Source: Ginglymostoma cirratum (lineage: Eukaryota). Taken from it: DNA of 64,000 nt. Made by a program: the position numbers and the translations under genes. Each line of letters starts with the position of its first letter. Positions within the stretch are counted from its first letter, which is position 1. The stretch spans positions 37,030,362 to 37,094,361 of the forward strand of contig JAHRHZ010000023.1 of assembly GCA_024137785.1 (NCBI GenBank), given 5' to 3'. Under the pieces are notes generated by a model. It saw nothing but the letters and a program-made list of their open reading frames with translations. It was not told the origin of the DNA and made no database searches. Shown here one piece after another: positions 27,660-38,900 of this stretch.

Positions 27660-28300
27660 GGGACCAATCTCGGTCTTACGTTCTAGGGCCCAAATCTCTC
27701 CTTGTAAGGGGCAAAGGGACAAATATCTTGCCCCTTCACCATTCTGGCTCTCCACTACCCCACCCCCCCACCTCACACCCCCATTATGGACGATTTTCTC
27801 CTGAAATGAGAGAAATGAAAGAGGATGGCACACCTGTTAACACAGACACAGCTGAAGGAAGGTGGATGAACTGCCCGGGGCGAGTGAGTAGACAGCACAG
27901 AGGCACTGCAGGGTTAGTGGTATCAAGGTTGAGGAGAGTGTCAGTGAGTGATGAAAAATGCTGCAGGCAGTATTAAGAGTGGTGGACCATGGCTGTTGGT
28001 GGGAAAAAGGTGCCGTAACAAAGATAAGGTAAGTGTAACGTAGCAGAGAGAGTAGCACTTAGCCAGTAGAAAAGAGAAGATTATTGACCTCTTTCCTACA
28101 CTGTCGAGTGTTTCTCCAGATGGTTGAGACCACACTGACCCGGGTGGTAACTTTAGTTCAGATTGGCAGTGTCTGGCTTTCACTGCCAGTCCTGGGGAAG
28201 AGGGCAGGGGAAGAGGTCAGCCTCTCTCTGCACCACTCTGTCAGGATATCTAGGTCCCCATCCACAACATATGGCACTAATTTAACCTAGCAGATATCTC
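27660..28300 (-). mobile_element. Harbinger-like Myb/SANT ORF remnant
   Basis: Minus strand DGDLDIL...VTTRVSVVSTIWRNTRQCRKEVNNLL, then acceptor ctctcatttcag|GAGAAAATCGTCCATAAT (EKIVHN) at 27800. The flanking ~25500-28500 region may belong to the same element. Confidence 0.6.
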
Positions 28301-29258
28301 TAGGATAATTCACAGGGACTGTGCAGGGTAGGTCTGGACTGACAGTGTTTGACCAGCTGCATAGCAACATTTTAAATATGACGCCAGCACCAGGGATGCT
28401 GGGATATCCCAGCAGCATCAAACACCTCCAGCTACGCTTAGTGGGAGAATTGGGCTAAAATTGGACAGGTGGGGAACCACAGGGGCCTGGTAAGTAGTTA
28501 ATGAGTTGTGTTTTGGATGGTCACTGGTGAGGCTTCACACCGAGAAATGGTGCATTAAATTCAACAAAAATGACACAACTAAAATGGGAGAAGATTCAGC
28601 ACTTTGTTTTGTTATTTCGTTAAGATTTTCCTCTTTGTTTCCTATATACATACATAGCATTTTTGTCGCTTGTTTTGATGTACCAAGCCAGGTTACAAAT
28701 TGGGATCTGATTAGTCCAATATTACTATCAGCTGGGATCCTAACACGATTAATTTGCCCTATTCCTCCACTGTGAAAACGGATAGAAGTATTTCTGTAAC
28801 AAAACTTCCATATTATAGTCCCACCTGCACCAATCTTTAATAGGCCACATTCTCCTTCTCAATATATTTCAAATATATACTACTCTTTCTCAATATATTG
28901 CTTTAACTTTTGATGGTATCTGTCTTTTTAAGATTCCTTCTTGTACTTCTTATTTCTTTCTTTATATTCCTTCATTGCTTTTTATAGCTTTCCCACCTCT
29001 GCTGGATTTGCACTCCCCTAATCTTTACATTTGTGTAACTTTGGGGATGAATATCCCCGAATATTTTTAACTGGAAAGAGCCTCCAAGCCAGCAAAGCCT
29101 GACTTTAGTTCAAGGTGGCAACTTGATTAAAGATTTGGAGTGTGCATTAGAAATGGTAGTCCTAAAGATCAAGACTCGCATTGTCAAACCATCTGTAAGC
29201 ATTCATTCAAGATTCTGAACATTGTTCTGTTATCTATGGCTTTGATTAACAACCCTTT

Positions 29259-30533
29259 CATAGAAACATCGAAGATCAGAACAGGAGTCAGTCCTTTGAC
29301 TCCTTGAACCTGCTCTGCCATTCAATATGGTCATGGCTGATCATGGAGCTCAATAACCTAATTCTGCCCCCCTTCTCTGTCCCTCATTTAGCCACAAGAA
29401 CTATATCTATCTCCTTCTTGAAAACACAATGTTTTGGCTTCAAGTACTATCTGTGGTCATGAATTCCAAAGGCTTCCTACTTTCTGGATGAAGAAATTTC
29501 TCCTCGTCTCAATCCTACAAGTTTTACCCTTTATCCTTAAGCTATGATCCCTGGTTTTGGACTCCCTCATTATTGGGAACATCCTTCCTGCGAGGAACCT
29601 ATCTAGTCCTGTTAGAATGTTATAGGTTTCTATGCAATCCTCACTCATTCTTCTGAATTCTAGTGAATACAATCCTAATCAACACAATCTCTTCTCACAT
29701 GTCAATCCTGCCATCCCAGGAATCAATTTGGTCAACTTTTGCTGCATCCCCTCTATAGTAAGAACATCCTTTCTCATGGCCCCTCCAATGTCAACACATG
29801 CTTCCTTAGAAACAGGACCCAAAACTGCTTGCAATATTCCAAATGCACTCTGGCCAGACTCTTAGCAGTATATGTCTGCTTTTGTATTCTAGCCCACTTG
29901 AAATGAATGCTAACATTGCATTTGCCTTCCTAACTGTCAAGTGAACTTGCATGTTAACCTTAAGAGATTTCTGAACAAGGATTCCCAAATCCCTTTGTGC
30001 TTTCAGATTTCTGAAGCCTTTCCTCATTTAGAAAATAGTTCAAGCCTCTATTCTTCCTACCAAAGTGCACAACCTCACCCTTTCCCATGATGAATTCCAT
30101 CTGCCCATTCTTTGCCCATTCTCCAAGCATGTCCAAGTCCTTCTATAGCCTCTCCACTTCCTCAACACTACCTGTCCCTCCACCAACCTTTGTGTCATCA
30201 GTAAATTTAACAACAATGCCCTCAGTTCCTTCATTTAGATTGTTACTGTATAATGGTGGTCTCAACACTAACCCGCGTAGAATTCTACTAGTCTGCCATC
30301 CTGAAAAAAAACCTTTATCCCTACTCTCTGCCTTCTGCCAGTCAGCTAATCCTTAATCCATGCCAGTACCTTGTCCCTAACATTATAGGCTCTTACCTTA
30401 TTTAGCAGTGTCGTGTGTGGCACCTTGTCAACAGCCTTCCAGAAATCCAAACAGATTACACCCACTGTCTCTCCTTTGTCTAACTTGCTAGTTACCTCTA
30501 CAAAGGATTCTAACAGAATTGTTAGGCATGACT
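29259..30533 (-). mobile_element. CR1 LINE 3' part (RT and 3' UTR)
   Basis: LLESFVEVTSKLDKGETVGVICLDFWKAVDKVPH, QRDLGILVQKSLKV..KANAMLAFI, YSLEFRRM, TRRNFFIQKV; 3' tail near 29260. Confidence 0.92.
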
Positions 30534-30750
30534 GATGGGTAACTTTTTCATGCAGAGTGTGCTGCATGTGTGGCAAAAGCTGCCAGAGGTGGTGGAGGTG
30601 GATATAATTACAGTACTTAAAAGGCATCTGGATGAATATAAAAATATGAGAGGTTTAGAGGGATGTGGTCCAAATGCTGACAAATGGGACTAGGTCAGAT
30701 TGGGATGATTGGTCAGCATGGACAAGTTGAAACGAAGGGTCTGTTCCTGT
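30534..30750 (+). mobile_element. CR1 LINE 3' end fragment in opposite orientation
   Basis: Homologous to 52055-52272 (ggcatctggatg...gaagggtctgtt). Confidence 0.85.
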
Positions 30751-32200
30751 GCAAAACTGCACAAAATATTCCAGCCTCACCAATATCCTGATACTTGCAG
30801 CAGGACATTCTTGTTCCTGTACTTGAATCCTCTTGCAATGAAGGCCAGCATATAGTTCGCCTTCATTACTGCCTGCTGCATCTGCATGTTTACTTTCAGT
30901 GAATGGTGCATGAAAACACTCAAGTTTAATTGAAAACTTACCCCTCTCAATTTGCAGCCATTCAGATAATAATCTGCCTTCCCATTTTTGCAATGAAAGT
31001 GGATAACCTCACATTTATCCACATTATTACTGCTTCTGCCATGCATTTACCCATTCACTCAGCCTGCCCAAATCACACTGCAACATCTCTATATTCTCTT
31101 CATAACTCACCCTTCTATACACATTTGTGCCATCTACAAATATTTAGATATTACATTCAGTTCCCTCACCTAAATCATTAACATATATTGTGAATAACTG
31201 GCACCCAGTACCGAGCCTGTCATATCTCACTAATGACTGCCTGCCATTCAGAAAAGGACCCATTTACACCTACTCTTTGTTTCCTGTCTGCTATGAATTT
31301 TCTACCATCTTAATACATTACCCTAAAACATGTCCGTTTTAATTTTACACATTAATCTCTTATGTGGGACTTTGTTGAAAGCCTTCTGAAAGTCCAAATA
31401 AAGCACATCCACTGGCTCCTCCTGATTAACTTCATTAGTTACATCCTTGAAGAATTCCAGTAAATAGGTCAAGCATGATTTCCCTTTTGTAAATCCCCTG
31501 GGAATAGATTATCAGGCCCTGGGGATTTATTTATCAGCATTCAATCCCATCTTCTCCATTGCCATTTCTCTACTAATACAGATTTGCTTCAGTTCCTCCT
31601 TTTGTCTGAGCCTTGTGTTCCCCATCTTTTTTAGTATGTTACTTGTGTTCTCCTTCGTGAAGATAGAAGCAAAGAATGAATTTATTTCATCAACCATTTC
31701 TTTGTTCCCAATTATAAATTCCCCAGGATTTATGTTAGATTTTATCAATTTTTTTCTCTTTACATACCTATAGAAACTGTTACTGTCAGTTCTTGTGTTC
31801 CCTGCAAACTTACTGTCATGCTCTATTTCCCCTTCTTGATCAATCCCTTAGTTCTTCTTTTCTGACTTCTAAACTGCTCCCAATTCTCAGTTCTATTGTT
31901 CTTTTTCTTGCCAATTTGTATGCCTCTGTTTGCAACTAATACTATCTCTAATTTCCCTCATAAGTCATGGTTTGGCCACTGTTTTCTCTGTACTCTTCCA
32001 GCAGATAGGAATAAATAATGTTTGTACCTCACCCATTCACTCTTTGAATGTTTGCTACTGTCTATCCACTGTCATTCCTTTCTGTAACACTTTCCAGTCC
32101 ATCGAAATCAACCTCACACCATTGGAATTTCCTTTATTAAGAGTCAGTACCCTAGCTTAAGAAACAACTACCTCACTCTCCCTCTTGATGAATTCTTAAT
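30751..32200 (-). mobile_element. CR1 LINE ORF2 remnant
   Basis: NVDKCEVIHF, KANYMLAFIARGFKYRNK, NKEMVDEINSFFASIFTKE. Confidence 0.9.
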
Positions 32201-33486
32201 AGTGACCGGTAGGAATTCATTGTTCAGGATTTCTAGGATCACTTACAGTCATGTTCAGCTTTCACTGCTCATTAGCTGTAATGTTTGGAGAGAACTTCTG
32301 AGATATAACAAAATGAGAAGTTTTTTGGGGGCACTTTGTCAGGACTTTACCAACACCTTAACAACATCCTTCCCAGAGTTCTTTCCCGGAAAACATGTAC
32401 AGCTCCATGGAAATTGTGTTTAATTAGTCAGGTATCTGTTCTCGTGTCTCCAGGCATGGTACTCATTAAATAGCCCCAGAAATGTGGGATAAAACCAAAC
32501 TTTCCAACAGTCATGTCTTATTAACACTTAGCCCCTGTTTTCATCCTTTCCCCAAACTAATCTGATTTCTTTTTGCTTCAAGCTATCTGTTGCCTCTTTT
32601 GAGTAGGTTAAAGGACCTTGTTTGAAGGTAGTTTCGGAATGGGATGCAAACATACCTGGGATGAAATATTTCTTGAACAGTAACATAAAAATTGCAATGG
32701 TACGCACTTTCTTTTGTGATGAGCTAATTGCCATTGGGACAGGTTTAGTTAGGTGGGTTGGCAATATTCATAAAGTACAATGCCGAGGGTGTTTTGTTGG
32801 GAACCTTCTTGTGGCGTCTCCCAGTTAACTACTTCTGCTTTGGTAGAATATCAGTAAAAACTGAAGGTAAGTGTGTAAACTAATTTTCTGCAGTTGTAAT
32901 ACATCTGATTGAAAGAACACATGAAGAAATCTTGGTAAGACCCTTCATAAGCTTTACAACTACCATACTTGCTCAGTATAGAGAATGCACATTAATACAT
33001 TTGAGTTGCAACTCTGATGATGTATAAGACCAATAGTCTGGAATTTAGGAGAAAAATGAGGGAAATAGCATGGTGTTTTCATATTACCTTGAAGATCAAG
33101 GCTAAAGTAATATAAACCAAGATATTTTATCTGAGCTACAGTTATATACAAGGTGAAATTGGACAGATGAAAATTTGAGAGTTGCATTTAATTGATGGCA
33201 GCTCACTTTAACTGCAACTAATCTTCTTTTCAGGGAAATCATTTTAAAATGGGACTCCGGTTTACTCATTTTGCATTTTCACCAAAGTTTCACTGCACTC
33301 CTCCTAATTTTCAGTCCAAGGAAACAGTTTAGTCAGAAGAGCAATAATTATTTTTATATGCTGATGCTGTTGCTTAGCTATTTCACTGAAGAATGAAGCA
33401 AGCTGAAAATATTACACTGTGCATTATCAGCTGTCTGTAAAGACCACTGACTTAAACCTGTTCTGATGAATATGTACATCTTGCAG

Positions 33487-33570
33487 ATCCCAAAACACCC
33501 AATGTTCAAGTAACAAGAATGACCTTGGTCTGTCTGACTGCACCTGAGCCCATTTTCATGGATCTAACAG
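33487..33570 (+). CDS. ARHGDIG: RhoGDI gamma coding exon 3
   Basis: ttgcag|AT...ACAG|GTAAC. Encodes (D)[27 protein letters not shown](G); 84 nt, phase 1-1. Too short for the ORF track. Confidence 0.96.
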
Positions 33571-34319
33571 GTAACAATTTAAGCTATGGTATTTCTCCTC
33601 CACTGAGTGTTACAGTGAGAGCCGTTGTTTTTAATATTGACATGAACAATATCAATTCATAACAAAGCAGCATGTTGTATATCCCTTATCTGTATTTCAT
33701 TGGCCATTGTGTAATGTTAATGTTAGAGATGTTCTTTAAATTATAGGTTAATCCTTGTGTTCACTCTTTCGAGTCATTGCAATTATAATTATAACCTGAA
33801 CATTAAAAAGACGTCTTGAATTTCCCGATAACTCAAGGTACTTTTGAAATTTGTAGCTCAGGAAAGTCACACACTCCAATTTAATGCCTGGATGACTGGG
33901 TTGCAAAAACAACAAAAAAATCCAAGAAGACAGCTAAACGTGTTTGCCTATCAAATCAAATATTCTTCATTCAAAGGATTATGAATCTTTGGAATTCTCT
34001 ACCCCAGAGGATTGTGGCTGCTCCAGCTTTTAATGTATTTAAGGCTGGGATAAATAGATTTTTTAGTCTTTTAGGGACCCAAGAGATTATGGTGCATCAG
34101 AGAGCAAGTGCAGTCGATGTTGAAGATCAGTCGTGATCGCATTGAATGATGGAATGAAAAAAATTCTCATCAGCTCCCTCTTAAAAGATTGCCTCTTATC
34201 CTGAGACTATGTGCCCATATTCTGAATTTCCCAGTGGAGTAAACAATCTCTTGGTGTCTACTCTTCAAGCTCCTTCAAAATGTTGCATGTCTCAATTAAA
34301 GACCATCAATCAAAACCCT

Positions 34320-35090
34320 TCTTTCTCACATGACTCTCTGAGCCACATGTTTAATTCTGTGATTTGTTTGATCCTGTGCCAACCGGGGCATGGTTCAGGT
34401 AACAATGCGGGGATTATCACCTTTGAGGCTCTGTGCTTTAATTTGAACCTTATGTCCTCAAACGTGCTCGGCAGAACACAATTCCTAGTTTGTTGTTTGT
34501 TTCTATGTGAACCATGACTGATGGATCCTTATCCTCAAAATCTGTGTTTGGCTCCATCCACAAAGAGATGTTCTTCACCCTGCTCTAGGGAACCCAGCAG
34601 GCAATACAACCATCAGAACTCCTGGTGTGGTTGTAGCGAACATAATCCATTCCCCTAACTATGCTGTTGCTTATCGCTACCATATTCCTTTTCATTCTTC
34701 CTAATGAAATGGCAGACTGCAGCATGGTGTCATGGGCAGTTTGCTTTTTTCATACTGGAGTCCTTGTTTACACCTACACAAGCAGCAACTACCTTACCTC
34801 TGTTGGTCAATGATAAAGGCTAAGACTCCTCATTCATTGTGTGCTGAAACACCACAACAGCCTGACTTGCAGTCATTCCCAACCATTGAACCAATTTAAA
34901 GTTCCACTTAATCTAAGGGGTGAGACAGTCTACTGAAGTAAAGTGTTCAGGTGAGTCTGTGCCTCACTAATGCCCCATGATATCTGCAACTTAAATCCAA
35001 CCCAGCAAAAGTCGCTCAAAATGCAGAAATTTACCACAGATAAAGTTGTCTTTCTACATGTTGCAGTAATGCACACCATCATGACTTCCA
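34320..35090 (-). mobile_element. CR1 ORF1 (SGNH esterase-like) remnant
   Basis: Minus-strand KLKHRASKVIIP...RIKQITELNMWLRES*EKEGF (frameshifted) resembles CR1 ORF1 KLKSRTSKVVISGLLP...MNAWL..WC..EGF. Confidence 0.6.
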
Positions 35091-35295
35091 TGATCTGGCA
35101 GCACCTGTGAAGAAAAAAACCAGAATTAACATTTCTGGTCCTGTGACCCTCCCTCAGAACTACAGAAGGGTCACCAGACCCGAAACGATAACTCTGATTT
35201 TTTCTTCACGGAAGCTGCCAGTCCTGCTGAGCTTTTCCAGCAACTTCTGTTTTCCTTCCTGCTTTACAGCATCTGCAATTTTTTTGGTTTTTGTC
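35090..35295. mobile_element. Penelope family B head-to-head hairpin with two decayed hammerheads
   Basis: Left arm on minus reads AGTT-CTGAGGG-A-GGGTC-ACAG-GACCA-GAAATGTT-AATT. Right arm reads AGAA-GGGTC-ACCA-GACCC-GAAACGAT-AACT. Confidence 0.75.
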
Positions 35296-36202
35296 ATCCC
35301 TACCATCTCTTTGCAACCTCATTTATTCAATTAGTCAATTAGTTATGAATTTAGTTTGCTATAGTTACAGCAGGTTACAGTCTCCAATCCTGTAGACGAA
35401 GGTGCACTCAACAACTACTGCAGGTCAGAAAAAAGTTGGAACAGCAGCTCCTCCTTCTGCCTCTGAACGGAAATTCATGACTTAGCACTCCATTCACAAG
35501 TATTTTATTTCTCTGTCACTCTGTACTTCCTCACTTGTGTGATAATAAAACCTGTCTACTTTTATAGAGAGCATGAGGCTCACACCCAAGCTGCAACTGC
35601 TAAATCTGTTTTCTGCGACAATAATTAGCATCTATTTAAGCAACAACTTTAAGCTGTTTGACAGATAACCATCACTGCCACCAATTCAGTTTCTTAACAG
35701 CTTGCCCTTTCCAAGTTCTAAATTGGAGCCTGAATGTTAATCTAAATTACCGCTTGAGATTTACTCACCAGAGGGACTCCACCCACAGCAGTTTCCTGAT
35801 TTAGCACTCGTTCGAAAACCTCTCTGTCCTTGGATCACTTTGTGCTCCTTCGCTCTTCTAAACATCTAAAGTGTTGTATTTAAATTGATTACTGGATGTT
35901 CTCATTGGGAAATAGGCTGTTACTGTAAGGAAATTCCATAATTCAAGCATGGGACAATTCAGAAGCTTGAGCACAAAATCTAGATTGAAGCTGCAGTGCA
36001 TTGTTATTCAAATGAGCCTTTGAATTGACCCTCATCCAGCCACCTGAAGGATTTAAAAATCACCTGATGTTATATTTAAGACAAGCAGGAAATTCTCTCA
36101 AGCCACCCAATGAATATTTATCCCAGAAACAACATCACTGAAACAGATTGTAGAGCTGGATGAACACAGCAGGCCAAGCAGCATCAGAGGAGCAGGAAAG
36201 CT

Positions 36203-36230
36203 GACGTTTCGGGCCTAGACCCTTCTTCAG
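36203..36230 (-). ncRNA. Minimal hammerhead ribozyme motif (antisense arm)
   Basis: Exact reverse complement of 36665-36692. Confidence 0.65.
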
Positions 36231-36247
36231 AAATTCTTCATTTCTGA

Positions 36248-36647
36248 NNNNNNNNNNNNNNNNNNNNNNNNNNNNNNNNNNNNNNNNNNNNNNNNNNNNN
36301 NNNNNNNNNNNNNNNNNNNNNNNNNNNNNNNNNNNNNNNNNNNNNNNNNNNNNNNNNNNNNNNNNNNNNNNNNNNNNNNNNNNNNNNNNNNNNNNNNNNN
36401 NNNNNNNNNNNNNNNNNNNNNNNNNNNNNNNNNNNNNNNNNNNNNNNNNNNNNNNNNNNNNNNNNNNNNNNNNNNNNNNNNNNNNNNNNNNNNNNNNNNN
36501 NNNNNNNNNNNNNNNNNNNNNNNNNNNNNNNNNNNNNNNNNNNNNNNNNNNNNNNNNNNNNNNNNNNNNNNNNNNNNNNNNNNNNNNNNNNNNNNNNNNN
36601 NNNNNNNNNNNNNNNNNNNNNNNNNNNNNNNNNNNNNNNNNNNNNNN
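36248..36647. other. Assembly gap (400 N)
   Basis: Run of N. Confidence 0.99.
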
Positions 36648-36664
36648 TCAGAAATGAAGAATTT

Positions 36665-36692
36665 CTGAAGAAGGGTCTAGGCCCGAAACGTC
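36665..36692 (+). ncRNA. Minimal type I hammerhead ribozyme motif
   Basis: CUGAAGA + extra A + stem II GGGU-CUAG-GCCC + GAAA + CG + UC. GUC cleavage triplet and palindromic ACGU in stem III, as in Penelope-associated minimal hammerheads. Stem I is weak (U-A, U.G). Confidence 0.7.
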
Positions 36693-37764
36693 AGCTTTCC
36701 TGCTCCTCTGATGCTGCTTAGCCTGCTGTGTTCATCCAGCTCTACACCTTGTTACCTCAGATTCTCCAGCATCTGCAGTTCCTACTATCACTGAAACAGA
36801 TTGTCTGATCATTACCACATTACTGGCTGTGTGGAAATCAGTTATCTGTCCAGCAACAGTGATCACACTTCAGAAGTAATTAATAAAGGACTTTGCTCTG
36901 TCCTGATGGTTGTGCATAACACCATTTAAATAAAAGTTCTGTCATTTTTTTACAATCTCTGACTTGGAGCTTTCTTAGTGGCTAGCAAAATTAACAAGAG
37001 CTCATGAGTTGAAAGAAAGATCATGTAATCTGTGCCTGGAACTGGAATTGTCAGGTCAAATGGCAATGAAATGAATCTAGAGGTACAATGAATTTATGTT
37101 TCATTGGATTTGGCAGCAGATGTTGCTGTGAATGATGGTTTCCAGTAATTGCTTATTTTCTTGTTTGGTATCCGACAAGAGCAAGTGCAAAGCTGAAGGA
37201 GATCATTATAAAAAAAGTCATCCGAGCTGTTAAAAATTCAACTTTATCTAAACTGTCTTCTCACAATAACGATTTCAGAGAATGTACTGTTTTCCACAGG
37301 TAATCAATCACTAGTTGATCATTTTAAAATGGATTTGTGGCAAATCAATTACTATTTTACATAATCTGGAAATATCCTGACTGGTAGGTGTGCAAAGTAT
37401 CTCTGCTTCTGATTTACATTGATGCAATAGAGGAGGGACAACACTAAATCCTGTTAAGCTTGTGTGTGTACTCATTGCAAATCAAAATGTATTCTTGCCT
37501 TGTTTTGACAGAGTTAGGCTTGTCCATAGTTGTGGCTGTTGACTATCTCTCACAGCACTGCTCCAAGCACGGGGCTCGGTGTTGTACTTGACCAAGTTCA
37601 GAAAGTTTTCAGACAGACGAACATTGATTTAGGGGAATGGTGAATAGTCAGAACCCAGTATATTTGTAGATTAGCCAGAAAACTGTGCATATAAACAACA
37701 GATTTGTCAGTGTTTGCGAAGAAAAAAGATAAATATGCATTTCTACTAAAAGAGTCAATAATTG

Positions 37765-37930
37765 GAAAAAAAAATCTGGTTCTCAAATGTTCTTTATGGA
37801 AGGAAATCTGCTTTACTTACCTGGTCTGGTTTACTTGTGACTCCAGACCCACAGCAATGTGGTTGATTCTAAACTGCTCTCTAGGTAATTAAGGTCAGGT
37901 CTAGCAAGTGGCACTCACATCCCATGAATG
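37765..37930 (+). mobile_element. tRNA-SINE 3' half
   Basis: ttacctggtctgg...gactccagacccacagcaatgtggttga is shared with the copies at 23589 and 63297. Confidence 0.75.
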
Positions 37931-38329
37931 TAACATTCAAAACATAACTGAGGGAAGAGATCATAAGTATTACTATGAGTACATTTAATCAGAAAATGTG
38001 CGTTGTTGTTATAGAATAAAATTGTATTACTATATATTTATTTTAAATTAGGCAAAGTGTGAAAGAGAGTACAGTGAAATAGAGTCTCAAACTGTTTTGG
38101 CTTACTTTCTTGTCCCTCTGAATAATACAGTTTAAAACTGGGGAGAACAAGAATCAAGTGTGGATTGTAGTGAGAATGACCAATGAATATTGAAATTCCT
38201 TTATTTGACTTTAAAACTGGAGACTTTTGTAGACTGAAATGGATTTATAAAGTTCAAATGCTGACCTAAAATAGCTACCTGGAAAAGTTGAGCCATTAGG
38301 CAATACCAAATCTGGTGTAACCTGCTCTC

Positions 38330-38900
38330 TGGTCTGTTCCACAATGCACTGATCTAAAAAACTATCTTGAATGCATTCCATGAACTCATCATCCAGGTGA
38401 CTACTGCCAATCTCCTTTTCCCAGTTTATATCTGAAGTTACCCATGATTACTGCTGTTCCTCTATCACAAGTAGCCGATACCTTGTGTTATATATTGTTC
38501 CCTATTGTGGTTGTTATTAAGGGCCTGTAGACCAATCCCATTAATGGGTTCTTTCCTCCCAATTTTTCTTATCTCCACCTGAACTGATTCTACCTCCTGA
38601 TCTACTGAACCGAGGTCATCTCTAACTATTGTAATAATGTCATGCTTGATTAACAGCACTCCCCATCCATTTTACCTAGTTTTCTGTTCTTCTTGAATGC
38701 CATGTGTCTCTCAATATTCAGGACTCAATCCTCATTATCTTGCAGCCCCATGTCTATGTAATGTCTACCATATTTATCTATTTCAATGTATTCTATCAAT
38801 TCACTTACTTCGTAATGAATGCTACATCCATTAATATGCAGTTTTGTCATTTTGTTACCATTGTAACACCTAGTCTTGACTGCTGGTGGATTCCTAAGAA
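38330..38900 (-). mobile_element. CR1 ORF2 endonuclease-region remnant
   Basis: LLIKHDIITIVRDDLGSVDQEVESVQVEIRK, plus a downstream IMGNF motif (APE I.GDFN-like). Confidence 0.7.

Larger units (their letters stand above)
36134..36804. mobile_element. Young Penelope family A palindromic insertion with 18-bp TSD
   Basis: 36149-36247 is an almost perfect reverse complement of 36648-36746 (one mismatch seen). ATCACTGAAACAGATTGT at 36134-36151 and 36787-36804. Confidence 0.9.
35960..36950 (+). mobile_element. Deu-type SINE remnant interrupted by a Penelope hairpin
   Basis: SINE sequence (...atttatcccagaaacaacatcactgaaacagattgtctgatcattaccacatt...) is continuous once 36152-36804 is removed. Confidence 0.55.
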
